A DNA stretch of 64,000 nucleotides from a virus, in the IMG/VR virus record IMGVR_UViG_3300017613_002557, positions 26,005 to 90,004 of that record; one strand, given 5' to 3'. The position numbers and the translations under genes were made by a program. Below the pieces are notes generated by a model that had not been told where the DNA came from, made no database searches, and saw nothing but the letters and a program-made list of their open reading frames with translations. The stretch's first letter is position 1; each line of letters starts with the position of its first letter. Shown here one piece after another: positions 38,676 through 49,138 of the stretch.

Positions 38676-39644
38676 ATGAAAAAATTCACAAGTTGGATAG
38701 TTGTGATGGTGGTGGTGAGTCTTTTAGGGTTGGGTGTATGGGCTGATTATCCGTACACGCGTGAGCCTGCGTCGTATGGTGCTGGTGGGTTGTACATTCC
38801 GGCGTTGGTGGAGGGGTTAGCGGAGCAGACGGCGTACACGATAGGGAACAAGGCCACGACCACGACGATGGTATTTGATGAGTTAATTTTGAGTACATTA
38901 GCGAACAGTGGGTTTCGGTTTGCGACGTACACGGCGAATGCGGAGGCAGAGGGAGACGGGGCGTTTACGATTCCGGTCAATGTTCCTGCTGGGGCGGTCA
39001 TTTTGAGTGCGCAGTTGCGGGTGGATCGGTTGATAGAGGCGACGACTGGTGTATCGTGGGCTGCGGCGTTTGCGACGGGGTCTACGGCTTCGATTGGGTC
39101 TGGGTTGGCATTTGCGCAGAACACGAAGGCGGCGGCATTTTTTGATGCGAATGGTGCGACGGCGATCACTTCAGATGTGACGACGATTACGATTACGCCG
39201 AATGCGGGGACGTTAGATGAGGGCATTATTACGGCGGTGGTAGTGGCCTTGGTATTTGAGACGATGGCGGACACGGTAGCGGTCACGTATTCGGCGGAGA
39301 CATTTACTGAGGCGGTGGCGAATGACGGCACGATCAACAACACGACGCCGGTGACGATCACGTTAAGTGGGGCGACGTTTGCGTGGGCGAACGCGGTAGA
39401 TTTTGTATCGAGTGGGTATTTAGTGGTGGCGAATTTACCGGTCTCATTGGTGGTGGTGGCTTCGCGCACGAGTTCGACGGTTTTGAGTGTGACGATTACG
39501 GGGTCTGCGGATGATCATGAGAATGCGGATGATGTGGCGGACTTGACATTTACGTTACAGGATTCGGCGTTTGCCTATGGGGTCTTGGCGGCGGATGTTG
39601 TAGGGTATGCGAAGGCGGATTTAGCGTTAGACTTCTCGGATTGA
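38676..39644 (+). CDS. Signal-peptide-bearing Ala/Thr-rich structural- or surface-like protein
   Basis: GGAGG RBS; MKKFTSWIVVMVVVSLLGLGVWA signal peptide. Confidence 0.75.
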   Translation: MKKFTSWIVVMVVVSLLGLGVWADYPYTREPASYGAGGLYIPALVEGLAEQTAYTIGNKATTTTMVFDELILSTLANSGFRFATYTANAEAEGDGAFTIPVNVPAGAVILSAQLRVDRLIEATTGVSWAAAFATGSTASIGSGLAFAQNTKAAAFFDANGATAITSDVTTITITPNAGTLDEGIITAVVVALVFETMADTVAVTYSAETFTEAVANDGTINNTTPVTITLSGATFAWANAVDFVSSGYLVVANLPVSLVVVASRTSSTVLSVTITGSADDHENADDVADLTFTLQDSAFAYGVLAADVVGYAKADLALDFSD

Positions 39645-39660
39645 GATGTGGTTTTGGGTG

Positions 39661-39691
39661 GGCCGGTGGTTTCTATCACCGGCCTTTTTTT
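39661..39691 (+). terminator. Rho-independent terminator
   Basis: GGCCGGTGG-TTTCT-ATCACCGGCC-TTTTTTT. Confidence 0.75.
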
Positions 39692-39856
39692 GTTGTAAGA
39701 TCGAACATCAATCTTGGTGGTTGGCTGGCTAATCGGCAGTACACATCATTTTTGGGGTATTTATCTGGTCGCCAATGCAGGAATTCTTGCCAGTCGTCAT
39801 CTTTTGGGAAGGCCGGATTGTATGTTCATTTCCCCCTTTTTGGTTGTGTGACACAC

Positions 39857-40084
39857 CTATCGTGCCATGTTGCCATGAAAAATACATTCTGAACCACGGG
39901 CAATTTCACGCCACAGTTCATCGGTTTCCTGTTTAATGGCAATCTTACCTTGTTCAAATATTTGAATCGTCCAGGAGTGCGAATCACATTCAGGGCAATT
40001 ATTCATACGGCATAATTCACCAGCGAGTCCATAAACAGCCCCACAGACACCACAGCGTATAATTCCATCTATCCTAGTGAGCAT
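39857..40084 (-). CDS. Zinc-ribbon protein
   Basis: CGVC...CPEC; AGGAG RBS; own promoter TTGACA-16-TATAAT at 40152-40125. Confidence 0.65.
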   Translation of the reverse strand: MLTRIDGIIRCGVCGAVYGLAGELCRMNNCPECDSHSWTIQIFEQGKIAIKQETDELWREIARGSECIFHGNMAR

Positions 40085-40360
40085 AATTTCTCCTAATCTT
40101 GGATCGTCATTGAATACAGGTGTGATTATACTATAGATTTCAGCTTTGTCAAGAAAAAAGTTTAACAGAAATCAATAAAAATATAAAACTAAATAGAGTT
40201 TTTGCAGAGAGGGGGTGGGATCCCTTTTCTCAGAGCAGCTAAGAGGTGATGCGTTTTTTCTTTTTGGTGATTGTTTTCGGTCTGACGCGCTGGATATAGG
40301 GTTTCCCCTGGGGTCTGGTTCTCGTTTTTACAACTTTGCCCTTTCTAATGATAGTGTGTT

Positions 40361-41776
40361 TCATGAGGTGTCTTCTTGCATGAAGTGAATAGGCGTGCCG
40401 TTTACTGAAATTGACAGTGCGTCTGTATGCGCGGTATCGAGCCATTGTTGCAGGGTTGTTTTTATACATTCTTGTGAAATATCGATCCCGCAGCATCTTC
40501 GTGATGCCATTTCTGCGGCGGCGAATGTGGATCCTGATCCGACGAACGGGTCAAGGACGGTTTCTTGTGGGTCTGTGAGCGCCAGAATATAGTCATACGG
40601 AAGTTCTACCGGAAACGGGGCTGAGTGGCTATATTTTCTCGTGCCTGGGACTGGAAGTTGCCGTAAGACTGACGGGAGTTTTCTAAATTCATGGACCGGA
40701 TATGTTGTCAGGGCCAGTGTGCCGTCCGGATCGCGCTGTGGAGTAAAGCCTGTCTTTCCTGCGGCGCGTTCAATGCTTTGTTCGTAGTGTGAGCATGGCA
40801 CTGTCCGGTTGATTTCTTTACGTGTATGTCCGAAGACAAAGATCCACTCATGTTCGAGGGGAAACATTGGGGCTGTTTGTGCATTAATAGAGCCGGGTTT
40901 CAACCGATCCCAGACGTTCCATGCCAGGAGTTTATAGCCTGATTGTTTGGCGGCTTGTTTATAGACTTCCCAATAGTCAAACACCTCACCGTGTCTCATT
41001 TGTAATCCGAGGTTGACGACAGCGTATGGGATATGTTTGGCGGTATGTGTGAGGAACTGTGTGAGGAACTGTGCGAGGCTTTCCGGGGTGAGATCATCGG
41101 CTGTAAGTCCGTCATATTCGCGTTGATTTGAATATGGTGGGCTGGTGATGGTGCAGTCGATATGGCCGGCCACATCGAACAGAGCATCATAGGTTGCTTT
41201 CTCTCTTGCATCTCCATAGATGAGGACATGGGGCTTCGTGACTTTTTGTGACAGACACGTAATGATGTCGCCGTGTGAGAATTCCGGAAAATCAATCGTG
41301 AATACTTGGGTTTCTCGTTGCTCATCCATCGTGATCGGACGATCTGTGAGTTCCTGCATTTTTTTGAATTGTTTAATTTCTTGCTCGAACATCCAGCCAA
41401 TATCGAGGCGTTGATCGTGAAAGTCTTCAGTGATAATGGTAGGATCCCATGTCAGGTTTGTTTCGGCGGTGCGGTTATCTGCGAAGGCCAGTTCTCTGGC
41501 TTTTGGATCTTCGTAGAGATTCAGGTCGGTGCGTTTGACGGCGATCAGTTCTGAGCCGTCCGTTTCGATCACGCGCACGGTTTCGATGCCTTGTTCGTTG
41601 GCTTCTTTAAAGGTTTTATTTCCGGCGATAATATTATTGTCATTATCAACGAGGATAGATCGCCCGTATCCCAGGCTTTCTACGGAGTGTTTGAGCATTT
41701 CACGCCCGGCCTTTGTGCCGGTATTCGCGTTTCTGACATCTGGTTTTGGGGTGACGGTAGTTGATTTAGTCTTCAT
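40361..41776 (-). CDS. ParB-like N-terminal domain fused to an N4/N6 DNA methyltransferase
   Basis: GYGRSILVD...IIAGNKT...ADNRTAE; ITSPPY; HSAPFP; VLDPFVGSGST. Confidence 0.9.
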   Translation of the reverse strand: MKTKSTTVTPKPDVRNANTGTKAGREMLKHSVESLGYGRSILVDNDNNIIAGNKTFKEANEQGIETVRVIETDGSELIAVKRTDLNLYEDPKARELAFADNRTAETNLTWDPTIITEDFHDQRLDIGWMFEQEIKQFKKMQELTDRPITMDEQRETQVFTIDFPEFSHGDIITCLSQKVTKPHVLIYGDAREKATYDALFDVAGHIDCTITSPPYSNQREYDGLTADDLTPESLAQFLTQFLTHTAKHIPYAVVNLGLQMRHGEVFDYWEVYKQAAKQSGYKLLAWNVWDRLKPGSINAQTAPMFPLEHEWIFVFGHTRKEINRTVPCSHYEQSIERAAGKTGFTPQRDPDGTLALTTYPVHEFRKLPSVLRQLPVPGTRKYSHSAPFPVELPYDYILALTDPQETVLDPFVGSGSTFAAAEMASRRCCGIDISQECIKTTLQQWLDTAHTDALSISVNGTPIHFMQEDTS

Positions 41777-42287
41777 AGGCGTGTTCGACATCGAGTTGAT
41801 CTTCAACCTCGTTAAAATACAGAAAATCACCATGTACAGGGGCGCTGCTGCTTGGTGGTTGTACTGGTGCATCGCTTGGGACATAGCGTCCGAGCAAATC
41901 CAGAATGATAGTCAGGCGGGTTTTATTCAGCATGGTTTGTTTGGTGTCGATGGTGGGGTAGCGGTACGAGACGCTGGCGAAATCCGGAATTGATTCTGAT
42001 GAGATTTGCCCGCCTGTTGACAGGGTCATGCCGTGTTGGTGGTACATGTCGTTAATCAGGCACAGGGCCATGCAGCGTTGTAGTTTGGTTTTAAAGTCAT
42101 CATCTGTAGCATAGGTGTCATAGACATCTTCCGTGACGTAATATTTAATATCCACGACGATGTCATTCAGCAGGTACACCATCAGGTTTTCAAAATTTAC
42201 CGCCGACATTGGTGGGTGAAATTGTGCCTCACTCAGATGGTACAGGACTTTCAGATCGTCTGTATCCCAGGGTCCGACAGTTGCCAT
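41766..42287 (-). CDS. Putative head-tail adaptor
   Basis: Position after the capsid gene; ISSESIPDFASVSY resembles adaptor beta-hairpin motifs. Confidence 0.55.
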   Translation of the reverse strand: MATVGPWDTDDLKVLYHLSEAQFHPPMSAVNFENLMVYLLNDIVVDIKYYVTEDVYDTYATDDDFKTKLQRCMALCLINDMYHQHGMTLSTGGQISSESIPDFASVSYRYPTIDTKQTMLNKTRLTIILDLLGRYVPSDAPVQPPSSSAPVHGDFLYFNEVEDQLDVEHAYED

Positions 42288-42925
42288 TAGTTAGTCAGCA
42301 CATATGGGCAGTCAGTGCTCGGCGCTTTCCGGTGTTTCTCGGATGGTGTTGAGACTGAGAGCATAGTGCTTTCGATCAGATAGCATGGTGTTGTACGTTG
42401 ACGTTCGTGCATCATCAGGGCCAGACTGATCGACCCTTTGACAATGGGGTTCGCATAGACAAGATCGTGGTGTTTACTGTAGTGTGCAAATTGAAGTTTT
42501 GCACGTCCGAGTTGTTCGCTATATTCTCTGGCGGCGTAAAACTCCATTGCCAGTAATTGCATATCGTCAAGCGGCACATTGAGTGGTGTCCAGGTTTTTT
42601 GAGCTTTGGCGTAATACTGTGACAAGGTTTTCGGATACCCGACGCCGTGAATGTGAAACGTGACTGGACCTGTGGCTCTGGTGTGCATGCGCAAGAGTTC
42701 TCCGGTGATACGCAGTTGATGTGTGATCATATCGTACCAGCGTGCGGCCAGTCCTGGAAAAAAGTGTTCCCAATGCAACAAGGTGGCGTGATCGATAAAA
42801 TACAGTCCGCTGGACATTTTCGTGACCGTGCTGGCTGCGAACTGGACGGTTTGATCGGAGGCAAGGGTGCTCTTAGAAAAGAGCACCCCTGCGGTTACAC
42901 GTTGGACGACTCCAAAGTCTTCCAT
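42287..42925 (-). CDS. Hypothetical protein in the head operon
   Basis: TAATG coupling to the next gene. Confidence 0.65.
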   Translation of the reverse strand: MEDFGVVQRVTAGVLFSKSTLASDQTVQFAASTVTKMSSGLYFIDHATLLHWEHFFPGLAARWYDMITHQLRITGELLRMHTRATGPVTFHIHGVGYPKTLSQYYAKAQKTWTPLNVPLDDMQLLAMEFYAAREYSEQLGRAKLQFAHYSKHHDLVYANPIVKGSISLALMMHERQRTTPCYLIESTMLSVSTPSEKHRKAPSTDCPYVLTN

Positions 42926-42931
42926 GTATTA

Positions 42932-44194
42932 CTATGCTGGCAGATCAAGCGGCTGCAAATACGTATAGTTTGTGAACATATACGTACTTTCCGATAAGCG
43001 GCTATGATCTTCATCGATCACGATTCGAGCATCTCGCCAGAGGTTTCCGATCATGGCGTAGAATGAGACTTTTGCCACCTCAGTTTCTCCAACGATGTTT
43101 TTTTGTGACTCTGTCAAAACCGGCCTTACATTGAATTTGACCGCTGCTCTGGCAGAATCAAGTGCGATAATCTGGGTATCTGTCAGCGTTGACTTGACGA
43201 ACAAGTTGGCATCGCTGGGCAGATTCAGATTATTCTTTTTGAGTTTCACCAGTGGATCACCGACATTCTGACGATCTTTGAATTCTGGCAGACCCATGAT
43301 GTGCTCGATGCGTGAGGTATTTCCGATCAGGGTGTTCAGAATGATGCCGCGTTGGGCCATCCAGGTCCAGTAGTGAACGAGGTCTGTGTACTGGAGTTTA
43401 CTGGTGGTATTTGCAACCCCCAATACCCCGGCGCCCATAACACTGGTATCGGCATCATCACCATTGATCAGCACGTCACAGAATTCTGAGTCAACTTCCA
43501 TCCCGACGCTGTATCCGATGCGCTCCATAAAGAGCGACAGGATGTCAACGGTTGCGAACCAGATCATATCATACGGAATTTCAATAGCACGCCCGAATTT
43601 CTTGGCGCGTACAGTACGTTCCGTAAATGTTGCGGTTCCCAACGGGATTGTTTCCCCTTCGGCGGTGCGTTGTGCACGGTTGCCGGTGTCTAAATCGACA
43701 GTTGGCATAGAGACATCCCGTGCTGGTGCGTTGCCTTCGGTGGCGATAAGATCCTGATGAATCGGTGCGCTGAAGATTCCGGCGATCAGGGCTTCACGGA
43801 CGCGCTCGTTGAGCAGTCCGGCCATGTCTTCGGTACCCATCAGGGTTTCAATGCGGACTCGTTTGAGATCGCCAATGCCGAGATCATGCAGGAAGGCCAT
43901 CTCGATTTCTTTCAAGTTTTGATCAGTAATACTGGTGAGTTCTCCGATGGTGACTTTCTCATCGTCAAACTCGGAACTCAGGAAAGCCTGGGCGTTCAGA
44001 GTCTCTGATACAGGATGTCCTGATTTCACTTTTTGTTTGCCCCAAAGGATCAGAAACTCAGGCAGACTAATTTCCACGCCGGTAGAGCGCAGTTCGTAGA
44101 GTTCCTTATAGATCGCTGGAGCATGGTCTTTCAGTCCGACATTATGACGCGGCTCGATCAGCCCGTCTCGATACAATTGATACATGTCTTTCAT
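42932..44194 (-). CDS. Major capsid protein (HK97 fold)
   Basis: AEGETIP...KKFGRAIEIPYD...DVLINGD; follows the protease and decoration genes. Confidence 0.88.
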   Translation of the reverse strand: MKDMYQLYRDGLIEPRHNVGLKDHAPAIYKELYELRSTGVEISLPEFLILWGKQKVKSGHPVSETLNAQAFLSSEFDDEKVTIGELTSITDQNLKEIEMAFLHDLGIGDLKRVRIETLMGTEDMAGLLNERVREALIAGIFSAPIHQDLIATEGNAPARDVSMPTVDLDTGNRAQRTAEGETIPLGTATFTERTVRAKKFGRAIEIPYDMIWFATVDILSLFMERIGYSVGMEVDSEFCDVLINGDDADTSVMGAGVLGVANTTSKLQYTDLVHYWTWMAQRGIILNTLIGNTSRIEHIMGLPEFKDRQNVGDPLVKLKKNNLNLPSDANLFVKSTLTDTQIIALDSARAAVKFNVRPVLTESQKNIVGETEVAKVSFYAMIGNLWRDARIVIDEDHSRLSESTYMFTNYTYLQPLDLPA

Positions 44195-44243
44195 GATATT
44201 CTCCTTTTCAGTCGCGTAGGTTTGTCAATCGTAAGATTCAGCA

Positions 44244-44645
44244 CTAGAATCCGACGATCACATCCTCATCTGCTCCTGTGGCTGCTTCAAAGATTGTACA
44301 ATTGTGATCAAGGGCATCGTCCGAGCCGGACACATACGTTTTTACCTTTTGACCATTCAAACATCCTCGTGCTGGCGCTGAAATCGCGGCAGCAGACGCA
44401 ATGCTCATGAGGGTATTAAAGATCAGTTCAACCACACAGTAGCTTGCGCTTCCATCTGCGGTGCGTTGAAAGATCGTTCCCACGAATTTTCCGGTTGAGT
44501 TTGTTGCAGCCGGAATTTCCTGAACTTCATTATCGTTAGAGGTGAGCTCAACGCGATCCCCGACCGTTGGAGTATATCCACTGGCAACGGCCATTTTATG
44601 CCGAATTGGACCGTTGAATCGTTTTTTAGTGGCAATTGTACTCAT
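44244..44645 (-). CDS. Putative capsid decoration/cement protein
   Basis: 133 aa, Ala/Gly-rich, between the protease and capsid genes. Confidence 0.65.
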   Translation of the reverse strand: MSTIATKKRFNGPIRHKMAVASGYTPTVGDRVELTSNDNEVQEIPAATNSTGKFVGTIFQRTADGSASYCVVELIFNTLMSIASAAAISAPARGCLNGQKVKTYVSGSDDALDHNCTIFEAATGADEDVIVGF

Positions 44646-46021
44646 AATAGCATATGAGACTGTCCTTTGGGTAGCCGACTGGCGAAGTTTCTGCGGTACT
44701 CAGAGGACATCTCAAAAAATGAAGGTTGTTGTGATGGATCAATGGCCTTTGACACCCGATTTCTCGGAATTACCGTCAATGCCTTCGATGTGAATGTGAT
44801 GCCCATTTTTTCGACCATATCAATGGGCGCTGTCTTGATGAGTTGAATCGTTTGAGTCTGCTGGTCATGTGGTATCTGGTGAATTTGTGAATCACACATG
44901 AGACGAAAAGCATGAATGGCGTTTTCACGGATTTTCCTGTGGTATGCCCGTCCTGAATCAGCCAGTGTTTCCAATTGTGCCATCGTTTCTTGTTGTGACT
45001 CAACGGTGTCTGATAATGACTGGTTTTTTGTTGACAGTTGTGATACACGTTGTTCGAGTGTGCTAATTCTTGTGTCTTTATTGGTGAGTGCTTGTGCCAA
45101 GCACTCATCAGCATTTTCCTGTAAATCAGAGATTTCCTGGTGAAGCTTTTGGTTTTCTTGGCACATAAAATCTAAGGCAGTGTCGAGACTGCCCATGTCT
45201 TTTTTTGTCGTGTCTTCAATGTTGGGGCTATTGGGAGCCGCAAGTGTTTTTAGAAAACTGTGCTGTGAGTGTTTCCAAAAACGCCGATGTGGTTGTGTAT
45301 AGGTTTCAATATGGTTGTCATAAACACTTGCCAAAATATCTTTTTGTTTGATGGAGTGTGAAAGCAATTCTGAAGAAAGTCGTTTTGCATACTCGTCTGC
45401 CCCAAAAAGCACCAGAGATAATTCGACGATAGACAAGATTCGTTGAATGATCATACGGACCTCTTGTCCGTCAATGACCGTACCCATAGCTCTGAAAAAT
45501 TCATGTGGCTGGAGTGGATGTGATTGTTTAAATGCGTGTACTACGCCGGTTGAGACACGTGTAATGACGCCATCGATAATACCTTTTGTGGTTTTATAGT
45601 CATCCGGACAAATCACGTGCCCGAGTGGATCCACACCTTTCCAGATTTTTGTTTTGACATTTATGCCTGGAATCGGAAAATCTTCTGTCGATTCATTTGA
45701 CCACACAGCCGAAAGGATGATCCCTTTCCAGCGTTCAATGTCGTGCATGTGGTTTGGATAGATTCCAACTCCAGGGTACAGTGGGGCGGCGGTTTCTAAA
45801 ATGTCGCCTTCTGAGAAATCGAGCACAATCATTCCGTTCGCAGTGCGTTTTCGAGCAAGTCCCTTGCTGAGTGCTCTGAAATCCGGATAGATATATTCCT
45901 TGTCTTGTGTCAATGTTGGCGGGGATTTTTTGGTTGGAGGCGTCTGTTGTGTTCGCAAAAAATCAAAGTTATCAAGGAAAGAGATTCCCTGAAGTTCCCC
46001 GTTGTTTTTAAAAAAGATCAT
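44642..46021 (-). CDS. Putative prohead protease/scaffold
   Basis: NH, VSTG and ELSLVLFGAD motifs plus a C-terminal coiled coil; upstream of the capsid gene. Confidence 0.7.
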   Translation of the reverse strand: MIFFKNNGELQGISFLDNFDFLRTQQTPPTKKSPPTLTQDKEYIYPDFRALSKGLARKRTANGMIVLDFSEGDILETAAPLYPGVGIYPNHMHDIERWKGIILSAVWSNESTEDFPIPGINVKTKIWKGVDPLGHVICPDDYKTTKGIIDGVITRVSTGVVHAFKQSHPLQPHEFFRAMGTVIDGQEVRMIIQRILSIVELSLVLFGADEYAKRLSSELLSHSIKQKDILASVYDNHIETYTQPHRRFWKHSQHSFLKTLAAPNSPNIEDTTKKDMGSLDTALDFMCQENQKLHQEISDLQENADECLAQALTNKDTRISTLEQRVSQLSTKNQSLSDTVESQQETMAQLETLADSGRAYHRKIRENAIHAFRLMCDSQIHQIPHDQQTQTIQLIKTAPIDMVEKMGITFTSKALTVIPRNRVSKAIDPSQQPSFFEMSSEYRRNFASRLPKGQSHMLL

Positions 46022-46044
46022 AATTCTCCTTTACAAAACCGTAT

Positions 46045-46917
46045 ATGCCCCTATTATCGAAACATTGGCGATGCATTTTCCATAATAGTATGCAGCAAGT
46101 CGTATGTAAAAGTCAAGTTCACCCCCTTTTTTTGAATGAGCGTTTCAGGTATGATGAGTTGTATATTGCGAACTTCTTTTTTAATCGCAACATGCGCCTG
46201 ATAATGGATGAGTTGCCGTGGGGCATGCGTGTTCGTGAACGCATGATCATCCGGTCAGCGCGGACTTCAAAAATGTATGCTCATCAAACACGTGAAGCCT
46301 TGCAATTGCTGCGTGGATTGGACGCAATACAAGGGGAATACGTCGAAGAGTGGCATATTGCCTGGACGTTTGATGAAATTTTTTCACGGCAACACCGTAT
46401 TAGTGAAAAGTATTTACGGAGGTTTTACAACCGCGCTACGCGGCGAACGTTTTTTGACCTCGCGTATGAGCTTGAGTCCCAAGAAGAGCTCGAGGATCGG
46501 GTAAGGTTTCGAGAAACGCTTGCCATGCGTTCAACCAAGTTTATCGCCTCATTTCCGCAAAGATCAGATATTTCAGCCTACATGAGTAAGCTTCACGAGC
46601 CGACAAAGCACCGCTATCTCACCTATACCGCTACGCCGTTCATTCCATCTTCACGTGTTATTCGTCTTTATCTTTCTATTCTGGCAACGGTATTTCATGT
46701 CCGTGGGATTACGCTGGAGGTATTATACGAGCAAGAGATTCCATTTACGCCGTTTTCTCTTTTTGGAATAGGGTTGGATGATTTTTCAGAACTAACAAAA
46801 CATCTTCCTGGGATTGTCCATGATCATGGTGTCGTTTGGATAGTTGACTTTTATTATGGGGATGTATATAATTTTGTCAAAACGTCACTCAATCAGATTA
46901 AAAGGAGAAAGCTATGA
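46045..46917 (+). CDS. Hypothetical protein (start uncertain)
   Basis: Long ORF with an ATGA overlap to the next gene. Confidence 0.6.
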   Translation: MPLLSKHWRCIFHNSMQQVVCKSQVHPLFLNERFRYDELYIANFFFNRNMRLIMDELPWGMRVRERMIIRSARTSKMYAHQTREALQLLRGLDAIQGEYVEEWHIAWTFDEIFSRQHRISEKYLRRFYNRATRRTFFDLAYELESQEELEDRVRFRETLAMRSTKFIASFPQRSDISAYMSKLHEPTKHRYLTYTATPFIPSSRVIRLYLSILATVFHVRGITLEVLYEQEIPFTPFSLFGIGLDDFSELTKHLPGIVHDHGVVWIVDFYYGDVYNFVKTSLNQIKRRKL

Positions 46918-47501
46918 AATCACAAACAAAGTCACTTGCTAGAACGCTTCCGTTATGGGTTGGCAGTGGCACAGTGAAAGAAAAAGAAAAGCTGATTTTG
47001 GCATCATGCATGGAGCGCATTCGTCAAATTCCTGTTGATGATGATGTATGTCAACAGGTCGAAGAGGTGTTGACTTCGTTGTTTGGCCTTAATAAAGAGG
47101 ATGATGTGTCGCCACCAGATGAGACAGACGATACAGTCCTTGAAGATAAAACTGTCCCGGATAAAGCGGGTGCAGATGATGATGACTTGTCTGTCATTTC
47201 TGACGGATCTATCCAGCAGTATGTTAAGGCGATCATGGATCGCATCAGAGAAGTCTTAGCGTGGAAAGTTCTTGATGATATAGACTCGCTGGTGTCAATC
47301 GTTTTGACGGTGGCCCTTGAGTCCGCAAAAGACCAAGGTGCGTTCGACGTTGATGTCATTATGGGCTATATTTCCAAAGGTTTTGATGAGATTGCGTCGA
47401 TGCCTGATGCACCAGTGATAGGAGACCTAGATGTGCTTTTATTTGTAATCAAAGGATCCTTGCAAAAGATTGCGGCTGTCCTTAATGTGGTCCAGGAATA
47501 G
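46914..47501 (+). CDS. Hypothetical acidic protein
   Basis: AAGGAG RBS. Confidence 0.7.
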   Translation: MKSQTKSLARTLPLWVGSGTVKEKEKLILASCMERIRQIPVDDDVCQQVEEVLTSLFGLNKEDDVSPPDETDDTVLEDKTVPDKAGADDDDLSVISDGSIQQYVKAIMDRIREVLAWKVLDDIDSLVSIVLTVALESAKDQGAFDVDVIMGYISKGFDEIASMPDAPVIGDLDVLLFVIKGSLQKIAAVLNVVQE

Positions 47502-47510
47502 GGGGATATT

Positions 47511-48206
47511 ATGCCATTAACTAACGTTCCATTTGGGATTCCAGGCCCATTAAAAAGTATTACGTTGGCGTGGTCATTTGAAGAAAGGCGGATCAAGATG
47601 TGTGATGGAACTTACATCTTATATCTTGATGGTGCCCAAACATCCACGTTGGAGCGCGACATCTATAATGCATATGGGATCGAGTGTAATGCTGGCGGGG
47701 TATCTGAGGCGGTAACTGGCATCACTCTGAATGAGTCCGAGGAAATCGCCGGTCAGCATAAGGTTGCGCGTAGCCCGAATACGACACCTGCCGAAGATCG
47801 TCTTGTAAAGACTGATTACATGATGATTGTGGGATTGTCACGCACGCTGTCAATCAATGGAATGGGCGCGTTGCCGACTGACTTTGAAGATACTGACATT
47901 GGTCGTATTGTCGGCGTGTTGACGTTTTCAACACGGTATGGAACCTTTGATATTGAGACTGGCACATTGACAGTCTTGCGTGATGTATCTGAAGTACGAC
48001 AACTTACAGAGTTTCACACGTACACGCTTGCTATGGAAGAGTACCAGGACACCAGCGATTCAGATGCTCAGGACCATATGATCACACTTGATGCAGAGCT
48101 TGAGGCATATACCGAAACGTTTCATACCAGGGCACGCAGTTATGCCATGTCTCAAGATGCTGTACCGACAGATACGACGACCATTGTCAACTTCTTAGAC
48201 GACTAG
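47511..48206 (+). CDS. Acidic Thr-rich protein, possible tail tube
   Basis: Composition and size only. Confidence 0.45.
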   Translation: MPLTNVPFGIPGPLKSITLAWSFEERRIKMCDGTYILYLDGAQTSTLERDIYNAYGIECNAGGVSEAVTGITLNESEEIAGQHKVARSPNTTPAEDRLVKTDYMMIVGLSRTLSINGMGALPTDFEDTDIGRIVGVLTFSTRYGTFDIETGTLTVLRDVSEVRQLTEFHTYTLAMEEYQDTSDSDAQDHMITLDAELEAYTETFHTRARSYAMSQDAVPTDTTTIVNFLDD

Positions 48207-48210
48207 AGCT

Positions 48211-48528
48211 ATGCTTACAAAAATAGTCCGCGTGTTCGGGGCTGTGCAGATACACGCTCGTACACCGTTAAACAATGGGTACGAGCGTATCCAATCATTA
48301 GGCTTTATTCAAAGAAAAGTGGTCAGTCTTGATCTGGCGAATGATTCTGAGGTTAGAGGAATTATTCTTGATGAATTTCCAGCCAGAGGTGAGGGAGATT
48401 TTTGTCTGGATGGAGATCCGTCTTATGCGGATTTTGTCAACAAGACCTTTGAACATCAGAATATTGTATTGACCGGTAGCCGCCGCATCCCGGAGTATGA
48501 ATCCGGCTATTTTGAATGTCACACCTAA
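48211..48528 (+). CDS. Hypothetical protein
   Basis: Within an operon. Confidence 0.55.
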   Translation: MLTKIVRVFGAVQIHARTPLNNGYERIQSLGFIQRKVVSLDLANDSEVRGIILDEFPARGEGDFCLDGDPSYADFVNKTFEHQNIVLTGSRRIPEYESGYFECHT

Positions 48529-48571
48529 AAAAACTTGACAAATCCTACCAATATCTTCCAAAATCCCACAC

Positions 48572-49138
48572 ATGAAATTTGTTCCATCGCGAATTGCTGC
48601 TGCGATTCTTGGTGTTCACAGAAACACGTTGCGGAATTGGGCCAATAACGGGACGATTAATTATGTCCGGACGCCTGGAAATCACCGGCTATATGATGTG
48701 CACTCGGTGTGTCATGCCACGCAAAAAGAATCGTTTTGCTATTGTCGGATAAGTTCTGAAACCTACAATGAACTTCTGCTGCTTCAAACAGAGTACATGT
48801 CTGCTCATTATCCTGAGCATACACTTATCACAGATATTGGGAACGGGTTGTTGTTTAACAGAGAGGGCTTACAGACGATTTTAATGGCGGCGTTATGCGG
48901 GTCTGTTGACGAGGTGGTTGTAATGCACAGGGATCGGCTATCGCTTGTTGCATTTCAGCTTATCGAGTGGATAGTCAAAGAATGTGGTGGACGTATTTCA
49001 GTCATTCGTAGTGGTTCGTTATTATCAACACGTGAGTTTTTGGATGATTTGTTATTATGCTGTAAGTTGGCACAAAGACATACGCCGATACTACAACATA
49101 TAGTGACAAGCGTTCATAAAACACTACATGAGGTATGA
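48572..49138 (+). CDS. IS607-family TnpA-like serine recombinase (MerR-type HTH + resolvase), solitary
   Basis: AAAILGVHRNTLRNW...RTPGNHRLYD; YCRISS; TDIGNG; HRDRL; no tnpB next to it. Confidence 0.85.
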   Translation: MKFVPSRIAAAILGVHRNTLRNWANNGTINYVRTPGNHRLYDVHSVCHATQKESFCYCRISSETYNELLLLQTEYMSAHYPEHTLITDIGNGLLFNREGLQTILMAALCGSVDEVVVMHRDRLSLVAFQLIEWIVKECGGRISVIRSGSLLSTREFLDDLLLCCKLAQRHTPILQHIVTSVHKTLHEV

